Position numbers and translations under genes: made by a program. From the IMG/VR virus record IMGVR_UViG_3300045809_000028: 43,405 nt of DNA. One strand, 5' to 3'. Below are positions 16,446-26,055 of this stretch, piece by piece. Position 1 is the first letter of the stretch; each line of letters opens with the position of its first letter. The notes below the pieces were generated by a model. That model did no database searches and was not told where the DNA came from. It saw nothing but the letters and a program-made list of their open reading frames with translations. The DNA is from a virus.

Positions 16446-16474
16446 TTTACTTTCCAATTAATATCTTAGATAAT
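16446..16474 (+). promoter_or_regulatory. Putative sigma-A promoter TTTACT-17-GATAAT
   Basis: The spacing was read directly. Sits upstream of the 16501 gene. Confidence 0.35.
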
Positions 16475-16500
16475 AATATTATTATTGATAAGAGGTGTTA

Positions 16501-17205
16501 ATGTTGGAATTTTTTAATAGTCGTTGGATGTCTGAAATTGGGGTAACTATTATTAGCGGAATTATTCTGGTTCCCATTAGTTTTCATATTACAAATTTGA
16601 TTGATCAATCTAAGAGAAAAACCAGTGCAATGAAAGTTAATAAAGAAGTATTAAATATCCTTAGGAATATTGTTTCTGAAGGTGGTGAAGTTACGTTATC
16701 AACTGTAAATATATTAATAACTTCGATCTCTAGAAAATATGGGATAAGAAATAAATATGTGAGAACATCAGAGCAGATGATACAAGATTTGATTACTGAT
16801 GTACTGAAGTCTAGTTATATTCCTATGGATACAAAGTTGATGATAACTTCGTCTTTAGAGAAAATTGCAAATAATATTGTTGTTGATTCAAAAGAAAATA
16901 ATCATATTGAGAGAGAGAAGTCAAAATTATTTTTGATAGTATATTTTATATTAACTACAGTTGTGATTTTTGGAGCAGTTCTAACTGTTATTAATACTGT
17001 CAAAGAATCATCGAATAATTCATCAAGCATATTTACTAAATGGTGGTTCTATCCAATTATAATCTATATCTTTTCAGGTATTTATTTAAGTACCATAGGA
17101 AAGTTAGACGAAGATTTTGAGAACTTCAAGAGAAAATTATTAATTTTTTTCGGATTAGAAGATGCTGAATATTTAGATGGTAATGATGATTTAAATAAAA
17201 GATAG
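16501..17205 (+). CDS. Multi-pass membrane protein of unknown function (moron between the late regulator and terminase)
   Basis: 234 aa. TM1 GVTIISGIILVPISFHI, then a ~110-aa soluble segment, then TM2/TM3 LFLIVYFILTTVVIFGAVLTVI and WWFYPIIIYIFSGIYLSTI, then an acidic tail. AT-rich, with its own promoter and terminator. Confidence 0.7.
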   Translation: MLEFFNSRWMSEIGVTIISGIILVPISFHITNLIDQSKRKTSAMKVNKEVLNILRNIVSEGGEVTLSTVNILITSISRKYGIRNKYVRTSEQMIQDLITDVLKSSYIPMDTKLMITSSLEKIANNIVVDSKENNHIEREKSKLFLIVYFILTTVVIFGAVLTVINTVKESSNNSSSIFTKWWFYPIIIYIFSGIYLSTIGKLDEDFENFKRKLLIFFGLEDAEYLDGNDDLNKR

Positions 17206-17207
17206 TA

Positions 17208-17233
17208 AAGGGACTCTTAGTAGTCTCCTTTTT
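17208..17233 (+). terminator. Rho-independent terminator
   Basis: AGGGACT / AGTCTCCT stem with one bulge, followed by T5. Confidence 0.55.
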
Positions 17234-17272
17234 ATTACATAAAAATAAGGATGCGAGGTGGTGTAATGATGA

Positions 17273-18010
17273 ATGGCTAGAAAAAGAAATCCTAATAGAG
17301 ATAAAGCCTATGAATTATGGCTAGAATATAAAGAACGCCCTTTAGTGGATATAGCAAAAGAATTAGGAGAACGTCCTTCAACTGTCAGAAAGTGGAAATC
17401 ACAAGACAATTGGGAGCGTTCCGATTCCAAAGAGAGCGCTCCGATTAAAAAGGGACGCTCCGTTGCGGTGAATGACCCACCAAATGATATAGTAAATGAT
17501 GGTACAGAAGATATTACTGATGTCCTTGAATACTATGGAATTACAGAACAGCAGAGGCGCTTTGCAGATAATTTTATTGAAACAGGAATTATAGAAAAAT
17601 CTGCATTAGATGCTGGATATAGTAATAATTATGCTAGAGCAGGATCTTATAAGTTATTGGCGATTATTGGCGTAAAAAAATATATTGATGACAGAATGAG
17701 AGTTCTTTCTGCTGGAAGGGTTGCAACTCAAGAAGAAATACTTCAAGGTTTAACTCGTATATTTAGTCGTCAAGAAGATGAACATACAGTAGTCACTTTA
17801 CGTAGTAAAACAGAGCAATGGGTTCCGACTGGTGATGAGGGTGTTCTGAAGAAGATGGTTGTTGAAACAGAAGAGCCTCAAGTTGTTGCCTTTCCTGGCA
17901 AAATATCTGATTCTATTAAAGCTGCTGACTTACTCCTTAAGCGCCTTGATTTATCCAAAAAGCAGGGTACAGATACTAATATAACCATTGTTGATGCTTG
18001 GTTGGAGTGA
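17273..18010 (+). CDS. terS: Terminase small subunit (N-terminal HTH + Terminase_2-like)
   Basis: QQRRFADNFIETGIIEKSALDAGYSNNYARAGSYKLL matches the Terminase_2 core. Sits directly upstream of the large subunit. Confidence 0.85.
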   Translation: MARKRNPNRDKAYELWLEYKERPLVDIAKELGERPSTVRKWKSQDNWERSDSKESAPIKKGRSVAVNDPPNDIVNDGTEDITDVLEYYGITEQQRRFADNFIETGIIEKSALDAGYSNNYARAGSYKLLAIIGVKKYIDDRMRVLSAGRVATQEEILQGLTRIFSRQEDEHTVVTLRSKTEQWVPTGDEGVLKKMVVETEEPQVVAFPGKISDSIKAADLLLKRLDLSKKQGTDTNITIVDAWLE

Positions 18011-19335
18011 TGATGATGGCGAATAAAGTTGTTGATATCCAAAAAGAAGTCAATCCTCATTTTCGTAAAGTGTGGACGACTAAGAAACCATACAACATCT
18101 TAAAAGGTGGGCGCAATAGTTTTAAATCGTCTGTGATTGCGTTATTACTAGTTTATATGGTGATTGGTCATATTACATTAGGTCGCAAAGGAAACGTTGT
18201 CGTAATTCGTAAAGTGGCCAATACAATTCGAGACTCTGTTTTCCTAAAAATTCAATGGGCATTAGGAAAATTTGGCATGTTAGATCAGTTCGATTGCACT
18301 GTCTCTCCATTTAAAATAACTCATAAGCAGACTGGTTCCACATTTTACTTTTATGGCCAAGATGATTTTCAAAAGCTTAAATCAAATGACATCGGAAACA
18401 TCGTTGCTGTATGGGTGGAGGAAGCTGCTGAATTTGCAAATGCGGAAGAGTTTGACCAGATGAAGGCAACGTTTATGCGTCAGTTACCTGACTATGCGGA
18501 TATGGTTCGTTTCTTCTATTCTTACAATCCGCCACGTAATCCCTATCATTGGATTAATGAGTGGGTACAAGAATTGGAAGGTCATCAAGATTACTTGATT
18601 CATTCGTCTTGTTACAAAGATGATCAGTTAGGCTTTGTAACTAAACAAATGTTAGATGAAATCAATCGAATTAAAGAAAACGACTATGAATACTACCTTT
18701 ATCTCTATGAAGGTGTACCTGTTGGTTTCCAAGACAACGTTTATAACATTAAGACATTCAACATCATCAACGAGTTACCGAGTGACGATTCTATCGTGGC
18801 TCTTTTTTATTCTCTGGATGGCGGGCATGCTCAATCGGCAACCACAGTGCTATTACTAGGTCTGACGGCAAAAGGGAAAGTAATTTTATTAGATACTTAC
18901 TATTATTCGCCTGCCGGAAAGTCTGTTAAATTAGCTCCGTCTCAATTGTCGCAAGAGGTGCATAAGTTTGCTACAAGAACTCAGTCGGATAGTCGTTGGA
19001 AAGGAAAGAAGGTCTATAATCGCACGATTGATAGTGCTGAAGCAGCCTTACGTAATCAATACTATTTAGACTACGAAATTCGTTGGAATCCAGTAGCTAA
19101 AAAAGAAAAGTTAGTCATGATTGATTATGCAACGAATTTATTTGCTCAAGGTCGGTTCTACATTTTGGATACCAACGCAAATCAAATATTCATTGAAGAA
19201 CACAAACGCTATAGCTTTAAAGAGGGGACTGGAAATACAGATAATCCAATTGTATTAAAAGAAGATGACCATACATGCGATGCATTCCAATATTTTTGTA
19301 TTGATAATGCACAAGTGTTAGGTATTGCAGTCTAG
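18010..19335 (+). CDS. terL: Terminase large subunit (PBSX/Terminase_3-like)
   Basis: Walker A-like LKGGRNSFKSS, Walker B VAVWVEEAAE, C-terminal nuclease region with KEDDHTCDAFQY. One of three consecutive ATGs (18010-18018) after TTGGAG is the start. Confidence 0.9.
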   Translation: MMMANKVVDIQKEVNPHFRKVWTTKKPYNILKGGRNSFKSSVIALLLVYMVIGHITLGRKGNVVVIRKVANTIRDSVFLKIQWALGKFGMLDQFDCTVSPFKITHKQTGSTFYFYGQDDFQKLKSNDIGNIVAVWVEEAAEFANAEEFDQMKATFMRQLPDYADMVRFFYSYNPPRNPYHWINEWVQELEGHQDYLIHSSCYKDDQLGFVTKQMLDEINRIKENDYEYYLYLYEGVPVGFQDNVYNIKTFNIINELPSDDSIVALFYSLDGGHAQSATTVLLLGLTAKGKVILLDTYYYSPAGKSVKLAPSQLSQEVHKFATRTQSDSRWKGKKVYNRTIDSAEAALRNQYYLDYEIRWNPVAKKEKLVMIDYATNLFAQGRFYILDTNANQIFIEEHKRYSFKEGTGNTDNPIVLKEDDHTCDAFQYFCIDNAQVLGIAV

Positions 19336-19346
19336 GAGGTGAGCCA

Positions 19347-20849
19347 GTGGGACTTATTCAACGTATTAAAAATTTATTCAGGAGAGGCGGTGAGGCATTA
19401 GGTATGGTGGAACAATTACAAAGTATTTTAGATCACCCAAAGATTGATGGGGATCCTAAAGAGTATCAGCGGATTCAAAACTCGTTGATGCATTACGAGG
19501 GTGATTATCCGAAGTTAAAAGTACGCACTAGTAATCAGAGGACAATCGAGCGTGAGCAATCTACTATCAATATGTTAAAAAAGGTTGCTAATCAATACGC
19601 AACTGTCGTATTTAATGAGCAATGCGAAATTAATGTGGATGGCAAAGCTGCCGAATTCGTTCAAGGTGTGTTTGAACACAATGATTTCAAAAAGAATTTT
19701 AGCAAGTATCTTGAACCGATGTTCGCTCTAGGTGGTTTAGTTTGTCGCCCGTATATTGATAAACAAACCAATAAGATGGAGTTTTCTTGGGCATTAGCTG
19801 ATGCCTTTTATCCGTTGCAATCCAATACGAATAATATTAGCGAGTGTGCGATTCCATTTGTTACCACAAGAACAAACGGTAGAGAAAACACTTATTACAC
19901 CTTGTTGGAGTTTCACGAGTGGGATGGTGGTAGCTATGTCATTACGAACGAGTTGTATCGTTCGAGTGACTCAAATATCGTAGGGGCTAAAGTGCCATTA
20001 AGTGAGTTGTATGATGATTTAGAGTCAACAACATCACTTAATGGTTTATCTCGCCCTATTTTCGCTTACCTGAAACCATCTGGATTTAACAATATTAGTC
20101 CATATAGTCCGCTTGGTTTGGGAGTTTGTGACAATTGCAAGAAAACGCTTGACCGTATTAACCGTACCTACGATGAATTTGACCAAGAAGTAAGGCGTGG
20201 AAAACGACGGATTGCAGTTAGCGAAATGCTGATGAATAGCCGTGTGGATGAACTAAATAATAAAGTGAAGATGTTTTTTGACGAAGATGAAGACACATTT
20301 CAAATTATTCCTGGTGCTAACATGGATGATTATACTATTAAAGACTTATCTTCTGAAATCCGCACAAAAGAATATACAGAAGCTATCAACCATCATTTGA
20401 AAACATTAGAAATGGAAACTAGTCTATCGGTTGGGACCTTTACTTTTGATGCAAATGGTGTTCGTAGTACAAAAACGGCTACTGAAATCGTAAGTGAGAA
20501 TTCTCAAACATATCAAACAAGAGCGATGCAGATCACCGAAGTAGAAAAATTCATTAAAGAATTAGTTGTTTCGGTGTGTGAACTAGGAAAAGCTTTCAAA
20601 ATTTATAATGGACCAATTCCTGTTTTTAATGATATTGGCGTAGATTTTAATGATGGTGCTTTTCAAAATCGCGATGCGCAACTTGATTTTTATATGAAGT
20701 TAGTCAACTTAGGTTATCCAGTCAATAAAGTGCTAGAAACAGTTCTCGATTTGCCTAAAGACGAGGCTTTGCAATTGTATCAAGAAGGTATGAGGCAAAG
20801 AGGAGCAGGTATGACAGGTATCTTTGACAATCCACCTTTAGAGGAGTGA
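19347..20849 (+). CDS. Portal protein (SPP1 gp6-like)
   Basis: 500 aa, directly after terL, GTG start after AGGAGGTGAG. Confidence 0.85.
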   Translation: MGLIQRIKNLFRRGGEALGMVEQLQSILDHPKIDGDPKEYQRIQNSLMHYEGDYPKLKVRTSNQRTIEREQSTINMLKKVANQYATVVFNEQCEINVDGKAAEFVQGVFEHNDFKKNFSKYLEPMFALGGLVCRPYIDKQTNKMEFSWALADAFYPLQSNTNNISECAIPFVTTRTNGRENTYYTLLEFHEWDGGSYVITNELYRSSDSNIVGAKVPLSELYDDLESTTSLNGLSRPIFAYLKPSGFNNISPYSPLGLGVCDNCKKTLDRINRTYDEFDQEVRRGKRRIAVSEMLMNSRVDELNNKVKMFFDEDEDTFQIIPGANMDDYTIKDLSSEIRTKEYTEAINHHLKTLEMETSLSVGTFTFDANGVRSTKTATEIVSENSQTYQTRAMQITEVEKFIKELVVSVCELGKAFKIYNGPIPVFNDIGVDFNDGAFQNRDAQLDFYMKLVNLGYPVNKVLETVLDLPKDEALQLYQEGMRQRGAGMTGIFDNPPLEE

Positions 20850-20855
20850 TGCTGA

Positions 20856-22502
20856 TTGCCTAGAAGAAAAGTTATCATGTCGCAGAATCAAGTGGATATG
20901 AAATCAACGCACCTCCAAGATGCTTATGATGCTTTAGAGCAGACATTACTTGATATGCTAGTTAAGATGTTGAATAGTCGTACCATCGTTACATTAAGCG
21001 AGGATACGTTGTTCCAATGGCAATTGGAGAAATTGCAACAGCTGCGTCTGATGAACATGTCAACGATTGAGAAATTAGTTGCTGAAACAGTTAATATTAC
21101 CAAAGGGCAATTAAAGGACATCATAGTCAAGCAAGGTTATGACTTCAATATCGAAGCCAACCGAGAGTTAGCAAATCTTGTAGGTGGTCCTGTTAGCGAA
21201 TGGTCCAATTTAGATTTAATTCTTAACCAGTATTTTGATAGTCAGTGGTTAGATTTAGATAATCATATCAATCAGACGTTGATTAACACGAATTACCAAT
21301 ACAACCCACTTTCAAAAGCCTATCAGCATGTTTTAAATGATACAGTAACTAAAACACTCACAGGTTTCCAAACTTCTGAACAAGCCTTTAAATCAGCTGT
21401 TTATGAAATGGTAGAAAAAGGAATAGCTTCTAGTTTTACGGATAAAGCAGGGCGTGAATGGTCGTTGGAAAGATATGTTCGTACGGTTATTAAATCTACC
21501 ACACGTCGAGTATACAACGATTTGAGGACTGAACGGGCAATCAGTGAATATAATATCGTTACAGCGCTTATGAGTAGTCATGCTGCTGCTCGTGATGCCT
21601 GTGCACTAATTCAAGGAAAGTTCGTTTTAATGGTGCCAACAAATGAAGCACCACCAGAGTATCAGTATTTGCCTTCTGTTTACGATTATGGCTGGAAAGA
21701 GCCGGCAGGATGCAATGGTATTAATTGCAATCATCGGTGGTACTCAATGTTGCCAACAGATGATATTGGTATCCCATCGCCCCCTAAGCCAAAAGTGGCG
21801 CAAGAAAATGCTAAGACAGTCGCTAAGCAACGACGCATGGAAAGTTCTATCCGAAAGGCGAAAAAACAATTGAGAGCCGCTGAATTGCTAGATGATAAAG
21901 TTGGCCAAGAGTATTTCAGGAATTTAATTCGCAAACGTCAAGGTGCTTTGAGGCAATTGATTGATGATAACAAAGACTTATTGCATCGAAGTTACGGGCG
22001 TGAGAGTGTTCATAGTGGTCCTAGTCAATCAGTCATAGAGGCACATCGAGAAACAATTAATCAAGACAGGAAAGATTTTTCCAAAATTGTTAAGACTTTA
22101 GGTAATCATGCACCGTCATCATTGGAGGAATACCGTCAAATACGGTATAATGAGCCTAGCAAATGGGCTCCGTTGGAAAGACAATATAAAACAATCGATG
22201 AAATTAACAATAAGAACTGGAATGATGGATTTAAAGAGAAGACAAAACAAGCTTACTATGATTTTCTTTCATACGGTCATGAATTTTCAAGTCACGCATT
22301 AAGTCGTTTTATTCAACGGACTGATATTTCAGTGGATATTGCATCGGATATTATTTCCCAAAGACCGAACTATTTACAAAGTGATGGCCGAAAAGTATGG
22401 TTTGTCGATAGTCATACTTTTATCAAAAATAAAGATGAAACAGAGTTTGTCACCTATGTTTATAGAAAAAATCCGAAACAAGATTGGAAGGAGATGGATT
22501 GA
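20856..22502 (+). CDS. MuF / SPP1 gp7-like minor head protein with a C-terminal DUF4258/BrnT-RelE-like toxin-type extension
   Basis: MuF core residues 190-300 (GREWSLERYVRTVIKSTTRR..AARDACA..GINCNHRW). An extra ~240 aa end in EFSSHALSRFIQRTDISVDIASDII..DGRKVWFVD..EFVTYVYRKN. Confidence 0.8.
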   Translation: MPRRKVIMSQNQVDMKSTHLQDAYDALEQTLLDMLVKMLNSRTIVTLSEDTLFQWQLEKLQQLRLMNMSTIEKLVAETVNITKGQLKDIIVKQGYDFNIEANRELANLVGGPVSEWSNLDLILNQYFDSQWLDLDNHINQTLINTNYQYNPLSKAYQHVLNDTVTKTLTGFQTSEQAFKSAVYEMVEKGIASSFTDKAGREWSLERYVRTVIKSTTRRVYNDLRTERAISEYNIVTALMSSHAAARDACALIQGKFVLMVPTNEAPPEYQYLPSVYDYGWKEPAGCNGINCNHRWYSMLPTDDIGIPSPPKPKVAQENAKTVAKQRRMESSIRKAKKQLRAAELLDDKVGQEYFRNLIRKRQGALRQLIDDNKDLLHRSYGRESVHSGPSQSVIEAHRETINQDRKDFSKIVKTLGNHAPSSLEEYRQIRYNEPSKWAPLERQYKTIDEINNKNWNDGFKEKTKQAYYDFLSYGHEFSSHALSRFIQRTDISVDIASDIISQRPNYLQSDGRKVWFVDSHTFIKNKDETEFVTYVYRKNPKQDWKEMD

Positions 22503-22503
22503 C

Positions 22504-22755
22504 ATGATAGACAATTTTTTTGCATTTTTATCTGACGGTTTATCAAGGAAGATAAATCCATTTGAGTTTTCTCTTGATTTGGAAAAATATCTAGTTGATA
22601 ACTATGAATTGATGTATCAAGAAAATCCAAATTTAACAGTTATTGCCAACGATGAAATACCTGATATTACAGAGCAGATGGAACCAGGAATGGATCCCAC
22701 AAATTTTTACAAACAATTAAATGCAGTAAAGCAAAAATTAAATAAATTGAAATAG
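22504..22755 (+). CDS. Small acidic protein; candidate immunity protein for the MuF C-terminal toxin domain
   Basis: 83 aa. ATG is 1 nt after the MuF stop, with a GGAAGGAG RBS. Followed by a terminator-like hairpin inside the head operon. Confidence 0.5.
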   Translation: MIDNFFAFLSDGLSRKINPFEFSLDLEKYLVDNYELMYQENPNLTVIANDEIPDITEQMEPGMDPTNFYKQLNAVKQKLNKLK

Positions 22756-22792
22756 CACTCACTAACAATAAATGTTGGTAAGTGCTATTTTT
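22752..22792 (+). terminator. Hairpin with T-run (weak terminator)
   Basis: ATAGCACT / AGTGCTAT 8-bp stem, large loop, TTTT. Confidence 0.45.
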
Positions 22793-22818
22793 GTACCCGA
22801 AATTAAGGAGTGGTCATC

Positions 22819-23022
22819 ATGGAAAACGTAAACCGCAATGATGTAATCAATTTCTTTACAGACATGCCAATTAATTTACAACAAGAAGCGATTAGAAAAT
22901 TCAATCGTCAAAGGAAACCGCCTGACGCTGTGCAATCTTTATGCGAATTCCAACAAAGAGAATGGGAACAGATTAAAGCTGATAGAGCAGAAAGTAATGG
23001 TGATCCAATATCTAATGGATGA
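22819..23022 (+). CDS. Hypothetical protein
   Basis: 67 aa. ATG is 8 nt after AAGGAG. Confidence 0.5.
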   Translation: MENVNRNDVINFFTDMPINLQQEAIRKFNRQRKPPDAVQSLCEFQQREWEQIKADRAESNGDPISNG

Positions 23023-23192
23023 ATTCGTTATTGACGAAGATGATCTAGACGAAGAATACTGGGAAGCAGAAGACTTAGGTATTTACTAAGCCTTTTTATT
23101 TTGTCCTTTTATCAAATTGCGGACGTAAAAGAACAATTTGAACCCACTAATGTGAGGCAACCACGTAGAAAAGCGTATAGGAGGAAAAAGTA

Positions 23193-23783
23193 ATGACATT
23201 TAAGGAATATTTGATTTCAAAAGGACTAACGGAAGAACAAGCAACCACAATCGTTGAGGGCATGCCAGAAAGTAAGTTTTACTTATCAAGTGAGGAAAAA
23301 GCTGATGAACGTTACGCTAAAGTGAAATCACAAAAAGAACAACTAGAAGAACAGTTGGCTACGAATCAATCAGAACTAAACAGTTTGAAAGAAGCTGCTA
23401 AAGGCAATGAGGAATTAACAGCTAAATACAATGAGTTGCAAGAAAAATTTGACAAATCAAGAGCTGATTCCAAAGCGAAGATTGCTGAACAAGAAAAAGA
23501 TTTTTCTATCAAATTAGCCTTAAAAGAAGCTCATGCACTCGATGAAGATATTGTTCTTGGTCAATTAGACAAAGATACTATCAAAATTGTTGACGGCAAA
23601 CTACAGGGTTTTGATGAGCAATTGAAAGGTTTGCAAGAAAACAAATCGTTCTTGTTTCAGCAAGCAACAGAAGGTACAGGAACATCCCCCACAATCACTG
23701 TGGGAGGTAATGCAAAAGGTGGTCAAAATTCTGCTGTCGGTCCTCAACCAGAAAAACTAAATGAATTCAGAATCACTAGATAG
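23193..23783 (+). CDS. Scaffolding protein (GP20-like)
   Basis: 196 aa, helical and E/K/Q-rich coiled coil, immediately upstream of the capsid gene. AGGAGG RBS. Confidence 0.8.
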   Translation: MTFKEYLISKGLTEEQATTIVEGMPESKFYLSSEEKADERYAKVKSQKEQLEEQLATNQSELNSLKEAAKGNEELTAKYNELQEKFDKSRADSKAKIAEQEKDFSIKLALKEAHALDEDIVLGQLDKDTIKIVDGKLQGFDEQLKGLQENKSFLFQQATEGTGTSPTITVGGNAKGGQNSAVGPQPEKLNEFRITR

Positions 23784-23794
23784 GAGAGAAAATT

Positions 23795-24745
23795 ATGAAG
23801 AAAAAACAATTAATGAAAATGAACTTGCAATATTTTGCTTCACCAACGTTTAATCCTGATAATGTAACAATGCAATCTGCTAAAACGGGTGATATTCCTC
23901 GCAATATCGCAGATAGCATTATCACAGAAGTGAAGCAAGGTAGCTCTATTATGCGCTTAGCCAAACAAGTACCAATGACTAAACCAATCGAAGAATTTAC
24001 TTATATGACTGGTGTCGGTGCTTACTGGGTATCAGAAGCGGAACGTATTCAAACAAGCAAACCAACATTTGTTAAAGCTGAAATGCGTGCTTATAAATTA
24101 GGGGTTATCATTCCGACGACTCGTGAGAATTTAGATTATTCAGTAACAAATTTCTTTGAATTAATGCGCCCAGAAGTAGCAGAAGCATTTAACAAAAAAT
24201 TCGATCAATCCGCTTTTACTGGTGTCAACTCGCCATTTACCAAAAACATTTTAGGAGCTGCAACTGCTGCAAGTAATGTTGTTACGGAAACAGCTAATAA
24301 GTATGACGATATTAATGAAGCAATCGCTTTTATTGAAGAGGAAGACTTAGAGCCAAATGGAATTGCTACAACTCGTAAGCAGCGTGTGAAATATCGCTCA
24401 ACAAAAGATGGTAATGGAATGCCCATTTTTAATACAGCAAATTCAAACGGTGTTGATGACATTTTGGGGTTACCTATTGCATATACACCTAAAACTACTT
24501 TGGGTGATACAACTGCAGAATTAGTGGGTGATTGGGATTATGCTTATTACGGTATTCTTAAAGGATTAAATTACGAAATCCTAGATCAAGCTACTTTGAC
24601 AACTATTACAGCTTCTGATGGTGCGCCAATTAATCTGGCAGAACGTGACATGATTGCTTTGAAAGCGACCATGACTGTTGGATTTATGGTTGTTAAAGAT
24701 GAAGCATTCGCTGTAGTTCAAATTGACAATACTCCAGAAGGGTAA
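23795..24745 (+). CDS. Major capsid protein with an L27-like N-terminal propeptide
   Basis: 316 aa after the scaffold gene. N-terminus MKKKQLMKMNLQYFASPTF. Confidence 0.85.
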   Translation: MKKKQLMKMNLQYFASPTFNPDNVTMQSAKTGDIPRNIADSIITEVKQGSSIMRLAKQVPMTKPIEEFTYMTGVGAYWVSEAERIQTSKPTFVKAEMRAYKLGVIIPTTRENLDYSVTNFFELMRPEVAEAFNKKFDQSAFTGVNSPFTKNILGAATAASNVVTETANKYDDINEAIAFIEEEDLEPNGIATTRKQRVKYRSTKDGNGMPIFNTANSNGVDDILGLPIAYTPKTTLGDTTAELVGDWDYAYYGILKGLNYEILDQATLTTITASDGAPINLAERDMIALKATMTVGFMVVKDEAFAVVQIDNTPEG

Positions 24746-24756
24746 AGGTGAATAAT

Positions 24757-24963
24757 ATGGCAAAATATAAAGTATTAGAAACTTTTCGTGATAAACACAC
24801 GAAAGAATTGTACGAAGTAGGCGAAGAAATTGAAATGACTGTCAAACGCGCAAAAGAAGCTGAAAAAAACCTTGCGAAACATGGTAAGGTTTTTCTTGAG
24901 CGAGTTGAAGAACCGAAAGAAGAACAACCAGAAGATGACACTGTTGAGGAAGGCGAAAAATAG
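24757..24963 (+). CDS. Hypothetical head-module protein (K/E-rich)
   Basis: 68 aa. ATG after AAAGGTG. Confidence 0.5.
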   Translation: MAKYKVLETFRDKHTKELYEVGEEIEMTVKRAKEAEKNLAKHGKVFLERVEEPKEEQPEDDTVEEGEK

Positions 24964-24990
24964 CCTTCCTTTTTGATTGGAGGAAGAGCT

Positions 24991-25383
24991 ATGCCGTACT
25001 TAACACATGAAGAATACAAAGAATTTGGTTATTCTGAAATTACCGAAGACGACTTCACCAAATTGGTTGGAAAAGCTTCGGATTTTTTTGATATACAGAC
25101 TCGTAATTTCTATCAGTTTCACGATTTGTCCAAGGATATCGAGTTTCGGAAGATTAAATTCAAAAAGGCAATAGCGTTGCAAATTGAGTATATGCAACAA
25201 ACAGGAGCTACCAGCACGTATGAGATTAATACACCGCAATTGTGGTCTATTGGACGTACCAGCGTATCGGAAGCATCACGCTACTCCAATACTGGAAGAA
25301 ATGAAGCGCCTAGTATTGTATCAGAGGATGCCATTGCTGCTTTATCTGGTACAGGATTATTGTATCGAGGTGTAAGCATATGA
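24991..25383 (+). CDS. Head-tail connector/adaptor protein
   Basis: Called by position and size. ATG after GGAGGAAGAG. Confidence 0.55.
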   Translation: MPYLTHEEYKEFGYSEITEDDFTKLVGKASDFFDIQTRNFYQFHDLSKDIEFRKIKFKKAIALQIEYMQQTGATSTYEINTPQLWSIGRTSVSEASRYSNTGRNEAPSIVSEDAIAALSGTGLLYRGVSI

Positions 25384-25721
25384 GGTTCAGACTACCACCA
25401 AAACAGGTGTTTCCTCATGCTATCTCCTATAATGCAATAGATGGCGAAGATGACTGGGGGAAACCTATTTTTTCTAATCCTATTGAATTGCCTCATGCAC
25501 GAATTGATGAAGGTTACGATTTTAAACGGCAGGGAATTAATGCCACCGAAAATGCCCCCAATGCTTTGGTTGTGATTTTTAAGCAATACAATCCTGATAT
25601 GCCAATATTAGAGAATGAAGGTATCGTAAATTTCAATGGCAAAGAGTTTACAATAGTTAAGGCAATACCTTTATATTTTATGTCGGATGAAATCATTGGA
25701 TATGAATTGGAAGTGAAATAG
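25380..25721 (+). CDS. Head-tail joining (head closure) protein
   Basis: Called by position. The start overlaps the previous stop (ATGA). Confidence 0.5.
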   Translation: MRFRLPPKQVFPHAISYNAIDGEDDWGKPIFSNPIELPHARIDEGYDFKRQGINATENAPNALVVIFKQYNPDMPILENEGIVNFNGKEFTIVKAIPLYFMSDEIIGYELEVK

Positions 25722-25722
25722 C

Positions 25723-26055
25723 ATGCCAGGTATAAGTGTAGATTTAAGAAGTTTGAGAAGAAAAGTTTCCACGGATGCTTTTGAACGTGGTCAATTTAAT
25801 ATGTCTCAACGAATGCATGCGACAATGAATGAAAGTTTTGTTCCCATGCGCGATGGTAACTTACGAACATTAAGTAACGTGTCTCCAGACGGTAAATCTA
25901 TTGAGTGGAACGCTCCATACGCAAGAAGACATTATTACGCACCGGGTGGATGGAATTACACCACTCCTGGAACTGGGCCAAGATGGGACTTAAAAGCAAA
26001 ATCAGTTTTTATATCTGATTGGCTAGAAGCATTCAAGAAAGGGGCTGGTTTCTGA
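25723..26055 (+). CDS. Head-tail joining protein (the 'minor capsid protein' family of A118/Sfi-like phages)
   Basis: Called by position. Motif NAPYARRHYYAPGGWNYTTPGTGPRW. Confidence 0.5.
   Translation: MPGISVDLRSLRRKVSTDAFERGQFNMSQRMHATMNESFVPMRDGNLRTLSNVSPDGKSIEWNAPYARRHYYAPGGWNYTTPGTGPRWDLKAKSVFISDWLEAFKKGAGF

Noticed and set aside
23017-23091. 24-codon acidic ORF (MDEFVIDEDDLDEEYWEAEDLGIY) overlapping the stop of 22819-23022
   Set aside because: No SD was seen and it is very short. It is noted only as a possible coupled micro-ORF.
24728-24745. Capsid and major tail proteins both end in the pentapeptide TPEG (24731-24745 and 26885-26899); possible shared recoding or +1 frameshift signal as in some Listeria phages
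   Set aside because: Reading +1 past either stop gives only a few codons for the capsid gene and about 16 for the tail gene before another stop. No extended alternative product is possible, so this is probably coincidence.
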